Part shown: positions 51,733 to 62,181 of the stretch, piece by piece
How the letters are laid out: each line of letters starts with the position of its first letter
Numbering within the stretch: the first letter of the stretch is position 1
Assembly: GCF_018977255.1 (NCBI RefSeq)
Contig: NW_024704742.1
Coordinates: 108,006,001 to 108,070,000, forward strand
DNA length: 64,000 nt
Direction: 5' to 3'
DNA from: Callorhinchus milii
Taxonomy: Eukaryota
Made by a program: the position numbers and the translations under genes
Notes under the pieces: model-generated
Told to the model about the DNA's origin: nothing
The model's input: only the letters and a program-made list of their open reading frames with translations
Database searches by the model: none

Positions 51733-51985
51733 TGGCAAGCTTTCCCACTGATTGTCCAGCTAGGACCACCCTACCTGATAGGGCATTGGCTTGCGTGGGT
51801 AACAGGACCTGAGAGGGAAGACTCAATGGCTCAGTATCTGGTCTGCCTTTCCGGGTCCTGCTGATGAGTCAGGCTGGCTGTGCTGTCATCATCAGTGCCC
51901 TGGAATACTACGGACCCACCTGGCTCAAGAGCACTACTACTGAGACCCACAGAGAGAGCTGCTCGATTCCCATATTCCAGTTCTA
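51733..51985 (-). repeat. Unclassified interspersed repeat, copy B
   Basis: Reverse complement aligns with ~43490-43741. Confidence 0.75.
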
Positions 51986-52663
51986 CGCTTACCTTCTCCC
52001 TAGGCAGAATATGAAAAATTAAAAGAAACAAACATCCTGTGCATAAAATTGCTATGGTAATAACTTGGCCACAGACTTTTGGGTGGCCCAGATGTGACTA
52101 GTCACTTGTGTAGATAGGAACTGTTTTAGACTCCATGCAATAGTCCAGGCCAAAACACCCTACAAGTCAGGAACTGAATTTCTATCAAGGTGATCTTATG
52201 TCTTTCCAATTGGAAATCTAATGAACTATTGCAGCACTGTTCTTTCTCCCCCCACTGTTTACCGCTCAGTTTTTGCAGTTAATTAATTTGGATTAAGAGT
52301 AACTTTGATCAATAAAGTCATTACATTTTGCGCAGGTAACATAATCTTCATTACATACTCGGCAAAATATCCACTAATCAACTGGATCAAGCTATAATTG
52401 CTTGCAAATAGTCTGAATATAAATATAAATTACTGTTGCTCTAACCAAACTCTAACACATCACATAATGCTTACTTTACACAGTGCACCATGCTTAATTT
52501 ATCTGGAAGTTCTTCTTGGAATAATTTGACCATAAGATGTTCAAACCTCTCTTATTAACCCCAATTAAAGTAGAATTGTTATATTATTCCATATAAGACT
52601 GAGTCCACAGTTGTCTGTGAACATCTTCATGGGGTACAGTTGGAGAATTGGGGGAAGGTAAGC

Positions 52664-53290
52664 AGGGTCTCCTTGGAGCTGAACTGGTTCCAAGGTGACG
52701 GGTTTGGCAACGAAACATCGGAATCAAGTCATTTCTCTGTAACAGTCTCAATAGTCTGGTTCCTGAGCCGAGCAGGTCTGTAGTATTCCAGGACATTGAT
52801 GACCAGCCAGTGGCAGGACTTATAGTGCAGACAGGTCACTGGGGGCAAGGATTCAACCCACTAACCTCCTGTTCGAAACCTTCCTTTCTTACAGTCATCT
52901 CACCCCACCCCCGGCTAAGAGTCAGGCTCCGCCACCGTTAGGTGCCCTGAGAGGCTACCCTGCGTGAGGGGCGCTATACAAGTGCAAGTTGTTGTTAACC
53001 CTGCAAGCTAAAGCACCAACGTGGTCCAAGTTGGATAAGTAGCAGGAAGGTTGCCAGACAGTGCTTTGAATGGCAAAATGTGCAGTTTTAGATGGTTAAA
53101 CTCCAGCAGTACCCCAACAGATACTCTTGGATCCCCAAGCTTCAGCTCTTGCCAACCTGCAGTTAAAATTCTTTGGAATTAGATAAGCAGGGTGCAACTC
53201 TCTGGGGGAAAGTATGTGTTGGTGGATGCGTGGAACTCTCCGGTTGGTTTGGACACTCTTAGGCATGTTGATTGTTCTCTGCACGTGTCC
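52664..53290 (+). repeat. Unclassified interspersed repeat, copy C (with inserted L2 tail)
   Basis: Aligns with 43466-43915 apart from insertions. Confidence 0.7.
52874..52996 (+). mobile_element. Short L2 3' tail insertion
   Basis: gagtcaggctccgccac...ggcgctatacaagtgcaagttgttgtt, like 17927-18001. Confidence 0.85.
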
Positions 53291-53479
53291 AAAAGAATTC
53301 GCTGAAGAACACTTTTTACCAATCTAAATGGTTAACTGTATTGTGTGCGGCAGACATAATCAAATACATCAATGAAAGGCAATATAATTTGAAGGGTCCA
53401 TGTACTTCTCTCTTAGAAATCTATTAAGAACACTGATCTACATTCCTCTAAATGTAAGACTTAATTAAACAATCAGAAA

Positions 53480-54400
53480 GAAATTGCATTTTTATATAAG
53501 CACCTTATTACAATGAAATATCCCAAAGTGCTTGATTGTCAAATGTAATGAGCTGTTGTAAGCAAACATTATAGCCATTTGCACCAAAAAGAAACAGCCA
53601 TGTGGTAAACAACCAATTACATTTGGGGTCTGTTGACTCATACACTGGAAAAATAGTATTAGCTTTACAAATAGTGTAATGGAATCTTTAATTCCCACCT
53701 GAACAGATAGAGAGCAACAACAACTTGCACTTATATAGTGCCCTCCACACAGGGTAGCGTCTCAGCGCGCTTAAGCGGCGGAGACTGGCTCCAAGCCGAG
53801 AGAGGGTGGTGGGGAGGGAGATGACGGTCGAAGAGGAAGGTTTTCAGGCAGGACTTGAAAAAGGGGAGGGGGCAAGGCGGAGGGATTTAGGGAGAGTGTT
53901 CCAGAGTTTCGGGGCATAGTGGCTGAAAGTGCAACCTCCGATGGTGGGGCAAGGGACGAGCAGGAGGCCGGTGCCAGTCGAGCAGAGGCGCCGAGTTTTG
54001 GATTGGGGAGTGAGGAGGTCGGGGAGGTAGGGAGGTGCCAGAGAGCGAAGGGATTTGAACACAAGTGTGAGGATCTTGAAGTCGATCTGTTCAGTGATGG
54101 GGAGCCAGTGAAGCCTGGCCAGAACTGGTGAGATGTGGGTATGGTTTTGGTCCAGGTAAGTATGCGGGCGGCAGAGTTCTGAATGAGCTGGATCTCTTAA
54201 ATAGTGGAGCTGGGGAGATGACGAGGAGGAGTGCGTTTGAATAATCCAAGCGGGAGGTGACAGAGAAGACCACTCATCTGTAAAATAGCATCCCTCGGCC
54301 TCACCACTGCAAAAGCATATCAGCCTGGACTGAGCTTAAAACCCTATGCGGTGTTTGAACCCAAAACCTTCTGACCTGGAAGTGAGCCAATTGCGCCAAG
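53480..54400 (-). mobile_element. Degraded Deu-SINE split by an L2
   Basis: Deu core breaks after cacctgaacag (~53707) and resumes at ctcatctg (~54273). Confidence 0.55.
53715..54262 (-). mobile_element. L2 3' fragment
   Basis: VTSRLDYSNALL, FKSLRSLAPPYLPDLL, FSHYAPKLWNTLP; (GTT)n tail. Confidence 0.92.
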
Positions 54401-56470
54401 CATACACTCAGCAATTAGCACAGTTTCTCACAAAGGTAAACAAATACAAATGTGTAGGACAACAAAAATATTATGCTACATTGTCTCTCCTTTGTCTGTT
54501 AATTTTACAGGCAAATAGCAGATCCAGTGTTGTCATCACACTTCATAATACTCAAATAAACATAGACTAAAACTGGGCTACATGTAGATGCAGAACATTT
54601 TCTTAATCTTGCTTTCTAGCAGGGTCACCTTCAAAATAAGCCCAAAAAAATCCAGATTAGGATGTAGGACAAATCGAAATCTATCAAAAAGAAACATGGA
54701 AATTGCAGAGCACAGGGGACCTGGGGTATTGACATTTTGTTATAAATGAGAAGGCAGCAATCGCAAGGGATCCAATTATGACATTATCAAGTAGTCAAAG
54801 ATCAGCTACTATATCATGTAATTAAATTCATCCAACGCTTTGAAATAAATAACCAACAGTTTGAAAGTTATGTCATATTTCATAAATGTAAAGTTATAAA
54901 CAATGAATCATCTTTTCAGCAACTAGATGACGTTTTATTTTCCTTTTTGTTAAAATCTACAAATGGGATGCTGACATTTATTACACAATAAAAGCAGGGA
55001 GGTGCTTTTCCAGTTAGGTGGTCAGTATTGGTCAAACCTCAGAAAGCTGCTCTACCCCAGAAAGCTGTAGAGAAGAAATCGATAGAGATGTTTCAAAGAG
55101 AGACAATTGGGGGGATTGGAATTAATCTGCCGAGATATAATAATAATCCTTGCATTTGATATATCACCTTATCTAGAAGATAAGGTTTTCACTAGAAGAC
55201 ATGAAAAGCGCTATATCAAAAGCAAGGATTATTATTATATTATTATTATTGTCATATCTTTGCGACGTCTCAAAGTGCTTCACAGATTATACTGTATATT
55301 TTGTGTAATAGGTGGAACAGCCCCAGTGGCTCCCTTGCTTCTGTTTCCAAATGTTCCGAACAACCTGTAATTACTTCACAATGCCTGGACCTCCACTGTT
55401 GAAGAGAAGTAAAAAATAGTTAAAGTAGAAGACTGTTTCTCAACTATACTCCTTGAAATGTCACTTAACCACCAAGAAGGATTTATTAGTTTTGATAATA
55501 AGTTTTCTTTCTTTGCTCAGTTTTGTTGAACCAGCTATAACACCTGTGACCAGCTTTCAAAAGACAAATAATGCAATGTCAAGCGCAGTGCATTGTAAAT
55601 GGAACAAAACCTTGCTTTGATGATTTATATTATTTTCATGCTCCTCTTGCTCTTTTGAAGCTGTGGCTGTTAATGGTTTTAATTTTGAAACCTTTTCTAG
55701 GTTTTTGCTTTCTTGGTTTCTAGATCATATCCTTTTTCCACAGTACAGTTATAGTGGCATACTATTATGCAGAAAATTGGTCAAGGCAAACGACATGATA
55801 ATGGATCAGTTTGATCAGGATACAGTCAGTTACTTGAAATTGGTAGTCTAAATGTCATAGCACTTAGAATTAAATATGTATCCCAATCAACTCGATTTAA
55901 TGCATATTTTCCCCATCTCTCCAAATGTATACAGATAATGTGCTTCATACTGCATATGCCTAGAAAGGGATATCTCACTGCAAATCATATAGAATAACAG
56001 ATTGACCATGATCTAAGAAAATGGAGCAACCTCGACTGGCTGAATGGCCTCCTATTGTATATATACAAATAATGGACTTCTCATTGTGTATATAAAGATC
56101 ATGGAATTCCAGACTCTTCACAGTTCTCCATCAATGTCACTTTTGAATTGAATGCTAGAAGGTACCAGGAGCAGTGCAAGTCGAATTGTCACAGATTCTC
56201 ACTTCCCTTCTCATGGGAAACTTTGCCTCCCTGTTTAACACCATCTTGAGAAGACACAGCTCAGAATGGAAAAACTGCAGATGGAAAGATTAGTTGCACT
56301 ACTCCATTATTGCTCCAAACAGCATGCCACAGCCTTTGTCAACACTACCTCCACTCTTAGATATTATCCTATTTTATGTGCATCTTGAGTTTATAAATAT
56401 AAATAAGTCACATGAATTTTTGCTTTCATATATGTTATTTCAGTAGTGAATGCAGTAGACTTTTCCATTT

Positions 56471-56784
56471 ATAATAATCCTTGAATTTGATAAAGCGCTT
56501 TTCACGTCTTCTAGACGTCTCAAAGCGCTTCACAGAATATGCTGTAAAGTGAATTGACGGTATATTTGTGGGCGAAACCCGGCAGCCAATTGCGCACAGC
56601 AGTGTCCCCACAAACAGTCGTGGATTGAAAATGACCAATTTATTATTGTTTTGGGTTTTGAAGGGATTATTATTAGGCGTGTGGAGTGAGGACACTTGCC
56701 CAAGGTTTCGCCCTCTGCCGGGAATCGAACCCAGGTGTCTCGCTTGCAAGGCGAGCGCTCTCACCACTGAGCTACAGGACTCCA
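56471..56784 (-). mobile_element. Full-length tRNA-derived SINE (second subfamily)
   Basis: Complete head and tail; tail loop variant acgtctagaagacgt. Confidence 0.92.
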
Positions 56785-57024
56785 TTTTTGATGCCCCGTG
56801 TCAACAAGGTGTCCCAGGTCAGGCACGGTATCCTTTATTTCGATTCCAAAAGCAATACTTGATTCCAATAATGAAATAGAAAGTTATTATCCAATAGGTT
56901 ACTCATTCCAACCATGGAGAGGAGATGGGCTGTAGGGGCTGCCACTCTGTGCTGTAAACCTGCCATCATTCCCCATCACTGGGGCTGTCCTCAGACAATG
57001 AGGAATCCCCCCCCCCCACCCCCC

Positions 57025-57130
57025 ACTGTGACATCACAAGGGAACTCCCTTTTATGAGGTCAGCAAAAGGAGACGTCATGTCATGGCCTTCGTGACGTCA
57101 CCGCCTTAACAACCAGAATGATTGACAGGT
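57025..57130. promoter_or_regulatory. Dense transcription-factor motif cluster (promoter or enhancer candidate)
   Basis: TGACGTCA 57093-57100, GACGTCA 57072-57078, TGATTGACAG (PBX-MEIS/PREP type) 57119-57128, MARE-like TGCTGACCTCAT and CATAAAA on the minus strand near 57050-57065. Confidence 0.5.
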
Positions 57131-57899
57131 CAGCCGGCAGCACATTCCAGGTTGCATTCGCCTTCTTCCTGCAATCTGCAGAATTTTTGCTCAGAATATA
57201 AAATGCCTTCGCTAATCCTATTGCAGATTGCACAGTCAACAGTGGCCCACTAACTTTATTGATTCTCTCCTCTCTCTCTCCCCCCCCCCCCACCCCAACC
57301 ACCAAAACTAGATTTGTTCGCACTTAAGTTCACAAACAAGAAAACACAGTCAGTGAGTGAGTCGTGTTGCAGCAGCTCAGGGACTTGCAGTGTCGGGTCT
57401 GTTGTACACATGCCAGATTGGCCGTCTGGAATTTCACGTGATTTACCAAAACAAATCACTGCAGCTGAAGAGCAGTGTGTTACAAGCACGAAGGGAAATC
57501 TAAATAAAACCAGCAGATACGATTTGTAACATTACTGCACTCCACATTATAGTCGAACTCTTCACATCTGCCTTCACCCCGGTTTCCAGTAATAAAATCC
57601 GACAACTGTAAGAAATGCAGTTTTGTTTTGTGTTGCTTCTGTTGCATTCTTTCCTGATACCGAAATGCGCGGAGTAAATGCAAGTACGAAGTGGAAAACT
57701 TTTGCAACATGCACGCACACGCTTATTAAGTCTTACTCACTGTCGCCGCTCAATAAATTCGAGCCGGGAGAAGTGTTCCTTCACGATATGAGCACAACGG
57801 CATTTCTTTTCAAAAGGTGAGGCCCCGGTTCTGGTGTGAAACGTGCATGCTTTTTAAGAAATATGAAGTGAGCTCAGAGCAGTGGTTGCATCCATCCAA

Positions 57900-58150
57900 C
57901 GCTTAGCCGCGTTGTTTGGGGACAAACCTACAATTATTTTGGGGGGAAAAAAAACTCGTACCCATTGAATGTGGGAGCCTCAGCTCCTCTTTAGCAACAT
58001 GACGGACGCAGCCATTGTTGCAGTCACTCTGTGAGCATGCGCAGAGCCCGCGTTGGCTTCTGGGAGTTGTAGTCCTGGCGGGTGTCGTCGGCGGGTGTGA
58101 CGTCACCGCCTCCGGGACGGAGCGGCTGCAACTCCCACAATGCCCCTGGG
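57900..58150. promoter_or_regulatory. CpG-rich housekeeping-type promoter, possibly bidirectional
   Basis: CpG-dense non-repeat DNA; ACTACAACTCCCAGAAGCC on the minus strand (~58055-58073) and CTGCAACTCCCACAATGCCC on plus (58126-58145), both ZNF143/SBS type; CRE TGACGTCA 58098-58105; NRF1-like GCATGCGCA 58035-58043. Confidence 0.75.
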
Positions 58151-58185
58151 CAAAAGGCTTTGTCTGTAGAGTTTGTCCCTCTACA

Positions 58186-58449
58186 CAACAACAACAACAA
58201 CACCACCACCACCTCCTTGTGTTTATACAGCGCCCCCTCCCCAGGGCAGTGACCCAGAGGCTCGACAGTGGCGGAGCACGACATCGAGACGGGGGGAGGT
58301 GACCCTGGGCACGGTCGAATAGGAAGGTCTTCAGGCATGATCTGAAGATGGGGAGGGAAGGAGCAAGGCAGAGGGATAGAGGAAGAGTGTTCCAGGGTTT
58401 CAGGGCGTAGTGGCTGAAAGCGCGGCCACCCATGGTGGAGCGTAGGTCA
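58186..58449 (-). mobile_element. L2 3' fragment abutting the promoter
   Basis: GGRAFSHYALKPWNTLP...LKTFLFDRA; (GGT)n(GTT)n tail. Confidence 0.9.
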
Positions 58450-58527
58450 CGGCAGTGCTGTCTGTACTTTGGGTGAGGTTTATAGCTAACTACAGAGCTG
58501 TTACGAGCAGAGGAGGTTTATAAGTAA

Positions 58528-58822
58528 AATAATAATAATACTTGCATTTGATAAAGCGCCTTATCACGTCTTCTAGATGTCTCAAAGTGCTTCACAGAAT
58601 AGACTGTAATGTCATTTGACTATATTTGTAGGCAAAATGCAGCAGCCAATTGCGTACAGCAGTGTCCCACAAACACTGGATTGAAGTAACCAATTTTTTT
58701 TGAGGCATTATTATCAGGCGTGTGGCGTAAAGAAACATGCCCAAGGTTCAACCTGCTGGGAATTGAACCCAGGTCTCTCGCTTGTGAGGCCAGTGCTCTA
58801 ACCACTGAGATACAGGACTCCA
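58528..58822 (-). mobile_element. Full-length tRNA-derived SINE
   Basis: Head and tail match 56471-56784. Confidence 0.88.
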
Positions 58823-58949
58823 ATGGGATGACTTGATGGGGGGACTTGATTGACTAATTTAAAATAATTAAAGGAATTGACAGATTAGATAGTGGACGAC
58901 TCTTCACCTTTAATAGAGGTAACCATTATAAAGGGTATCATAGGTGTGC

Positions 58950-59399
58950 AATGTCAGCCTGGCTCATTTGGTTGCGCTCGACTCTTGAGTCAGAAGGTTA
59001 CGGCTTTGAGACCCACTTCAGGACTTTGAACGCACATATTCCAGGCTGATACCCCAATATGGTGCTGGAAGAGTACTGCATTGTTGGAGGTGCCATACTT
59101 CAGATGGACGTTGAACCGAGATCCCATCTGGCTGTTCAGGGGGATGTTAAAGATCCCATAGGACTATTCGATAAGAGAAGGGAATTTCTCCTAGTGTTCT
59201 GGCCAACAATCATTCAGATAAAATTGTATATTCACTTCATTGTTGTTTGTGGGATAATGCTTTGTGTAAATTGGCTGTCACATTCATCTACAAAAATTAT
59301 ACAGTCACTACACTTCATAGCGAATCGGGTAAATTACTTTGAGAAGTCCTGCCGATGTGAGAAACACTAGGTCAAATGTAAGGATTGTTATCATTATTA
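58950..59399 (+). mobile_element. Near full-length Deu-domain tRNA SINE (SacSINE1-like)
   Basis: tRNA-like head, core tgttggaggtgcc...cagatg...aaccgag...aaagatcccat...gtgttctggccaa, L2-like tail. Confidence 0.75.
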
Positions 59400-59984
59400 C
59401 TCTTTAGAGAGTGACTTGAGTTCACTTTTAAACAAAAGACATATGTATTTAACACTGAAAAGTAAACACAGGTCATTGTTAGAATCGGATTAGTGAAGAG
59501 TCTCATTTTCTTTTGATCCTAAATTTCACTCCTTGGTCTTAACATTCTCCTACATTTTACTATAACTAATCTAAGCATTATTAACCTAAATCTATCAATG
59601 AGCAAAGATATATATCAACTACTTTATGCTTATCTTTAAACCATCTACATCCTATAATTTTGCTGTATTTCAGTACCTATATTTGAACACACTAGGAATA
59701 TAACTGGTTTATTTTATTGATATGGTCTAGCTTGTGTACTTGTGTGAGATTTTTAAGTCTAAACTCATCTGTGAACTCCAGTGACTGCAAGACATTGCTT
59801 ATAGTGGAGCAGTGTGAAATAATTTACCAGGAGAATGAGATTGAATTCTGATGCATGATGTTTCAGCATTGGAAACATGAAAAGATCGGCGTTGTAGGGT
59901 ACACAGAAAGGAAAAGTTTTGCTTTCATCCTTCTGTTGACAGTTTTGTTTCACAAAAAAAATGGAAGAATGGACAGGGTTATGA

Positions 59985-60330
59985 TGATAATATGTTAGCA
60001 TTTGAGATAGCACGTCATCAAAAATTCTGAAAATACTTCACAGGATTTATTGTAAAGTGTAGGTGTATAAATTGTGTATTTTATAGGCAAATGCAGCAGC
60101 CAATTTGTGCATTGCACTGTCTCGCAAACAGCCATGAAGTGAATGACCAAATTTATAGAAAGGATTGTTGGCTGGGACACTTGGAAAAGCTCTCTTTTCT
60201 TTTTGAAAGCTCCATAGGATCTTTAAAACACACGTGAACACAGACAGAACCTCAGTTAAATGTTTCATTTGAACGACAACTTCTTTAAAATTGCAGTGCT
60301 GCTCCAGACCTGCATTGAAGTGTCAGTCTT
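59985..60330 (-). mobile_element. Degraded Deu-SINE
   Basis: Reverse-complement similarity to 59080-59390. Confidence 0.65.
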
Positions 60331-60439
60331 GTTGATCTAGAGTTCACTGCTTAACGACATTGCTAATGTAGCGGAGTGTCAAATAGTTAATAAGTAAGAT
60401 AACATTAGCATAAATCGAGGTGGAACTTGAGCCTAATTT

Positions 60440-60745
60440 TAATAATAATAATTATATTTGATATACGTATTTTCATGTTAGGAGGAGTTTTCACAGAATT
60501 TACTAGCAAATGTAATGACTGTGTTTTTGTAGACAAATGTACCAGACATTTGTGCACAGGAATGTTCCACAAAAAGGCATCAACTGAATGATCAGAAGGA
60601 TTGTTGGGCAGTACACAACAACAAACTGTGTTCTCATTTCAAATAGATTGATGGAATCTTTAACATTGATCTGGACAGGCAGATAGAGCCTTGATTTAAT
60701 GTTTCATCTGAAGAACAGCATCTTTGACATCACAGCACTCCCCCC
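60440..60745 (-). mobile_element. Degraded Deu-SINE
   Basis: atggaatctttaacat...acaggcaga...tttaatgtttcatctgaa. Confidence 0.6.
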
Positions 60746-61207
60746 AACTTTGACGATCATTTCCTAATAACAAACAATGAAGTGAGAACATGACCAATTT
60801 ATTTTAATATCAATGGGCTGCCTTGAGTTTGTTGTTAACACTAAAATTACATGTTTATAATGTAAATACTGCATATGGAACAATACTGTCACATTAGGGG
60901 CATTAGGGATCCATCACGCTCACAAGTGTCAGTTTGATGGACAATAATGTCTTTATAATGAATGTTCTAGAGTTCCATTGCACAAAAGGCTCAGAAAGAA
61001 TCACATGATGCAGCTAAGTAGTGGAATAATCTCCTATTCCCAATGTAAAACATTCTGGAATAAGGTCCAACAAGCATTCATTATGATTTATCATTTATCT
61101 ACGATCTATTGAACTGCTGCAGTTTAGTGAGTTATTGTAATTCAGACTTTTATAATAATTAACATTTATGCCCTCAACTAAACCCAATTGCAAGGAATGA
61201 ATAAACT

Positions 61208-61530
61208 ATAATAATAATCCTTGCATTTGATATAGCGCCTTTCACGTCATTGAGACGACTCAAAGTGCTTCATGGGATATATTATAAAGTGGATTAACTG
61301 TCAGGTCTTGATCCCCGACTGTTCAGCATCTTGGGACGTCCTCCCAACATTGTACAGTTGTTGTACAGTTGCACACAGCAATGGCCCGCAAACAGGGATG
61401 AATTGAGTGACCAATTTTTTCTTTGAGGGATTGTTGGCCAGGACACCAGCAGAAACTCCATTCTCTTCGAATAGTACCATGAGATATTGAACGTCCACCT
61501 GAAAGACAGACGTGACTTTGGTTTAACTGC
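61208..61530 (-). mobile_element. Deu-SINE with a short plus-strand L2 tail piece inside (~61300-61350)
   Basis: Tail at 61208; core gttggccaggacaccag...cgtccacctgaa; inner gactgttcagcatcttgggacgtcctccc. Confidence 0.65.
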
Positions 61531-61714
61531 TCCACCGAAATACAAACTATATGTTCATGAAGTATGTGGAACTAGTATTGGTGAAATTTATGTATCCTGT
61601 ACTTTGAATGGTAAAAAAAAACAATCTGCCCAAGAATTACTTGATATCATAATATTAATAGTGATTTACAAAGCAATGGCACAAAATAACTAGCACAAAA
61701 CTAAATCAGATCTA

Positions 61715-62181
61715 GGTTTGACTATGCCAAATCCCTGCTTGTCAGCCTTCTGAACACTTCCCTCCACAAGCTGCGGATCATCCAGACCTCTGCAGCTCAT
61801 GTCCCCTCCCACACCAGGCTTCATGACCCCATTACCCCCAACCTCACCCGGCTCCACTGGCTTTTTTAAACTTTTTATCCCCCAGAGAATAGAGTTCAAA
61901 ATCCTCATCCTCACCTTCAAGGCCCTCCATGGCCTTGCTCCTTCCTACCTCTGTGACCTGCTAACCCCAGATCAATCTATCCGCTCCTCCGCTCAGCAGG
62001 CTTCAGCTTCAAGCATATCTCAAGAACCTTCACTTTAATCGTGCCTTTGGACAACCTCCTACCCTCCCTGCCCTCTACCCTCCCTGATCACAGCCCCACT
62101 GCTTGGGTGCAAATCCCTGACTGTCCAGCACCTTGGGTCATCCTCCTGATATGAAAGGCTCTATACAAATGTAATTTTGCA
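61715..62181 (+). mobile_element. L2 3' fragment
   Basis: [27 protein letters not shown]2 tail. Confidence 0.88.

Noticed and set aside
51850..51920. Hammerhead ribozyme (CTGATGAG core)
   Set aside because: The required GAAA is GAAT in all three repeat copies, and no convincing stem III or cleavage triplet is present
57170..57232. miRNA hairpin from the 11-bp inverted repeat TGCAATCTGCA/TGCAGATTGCA
   Set aside because: The interior does not pair
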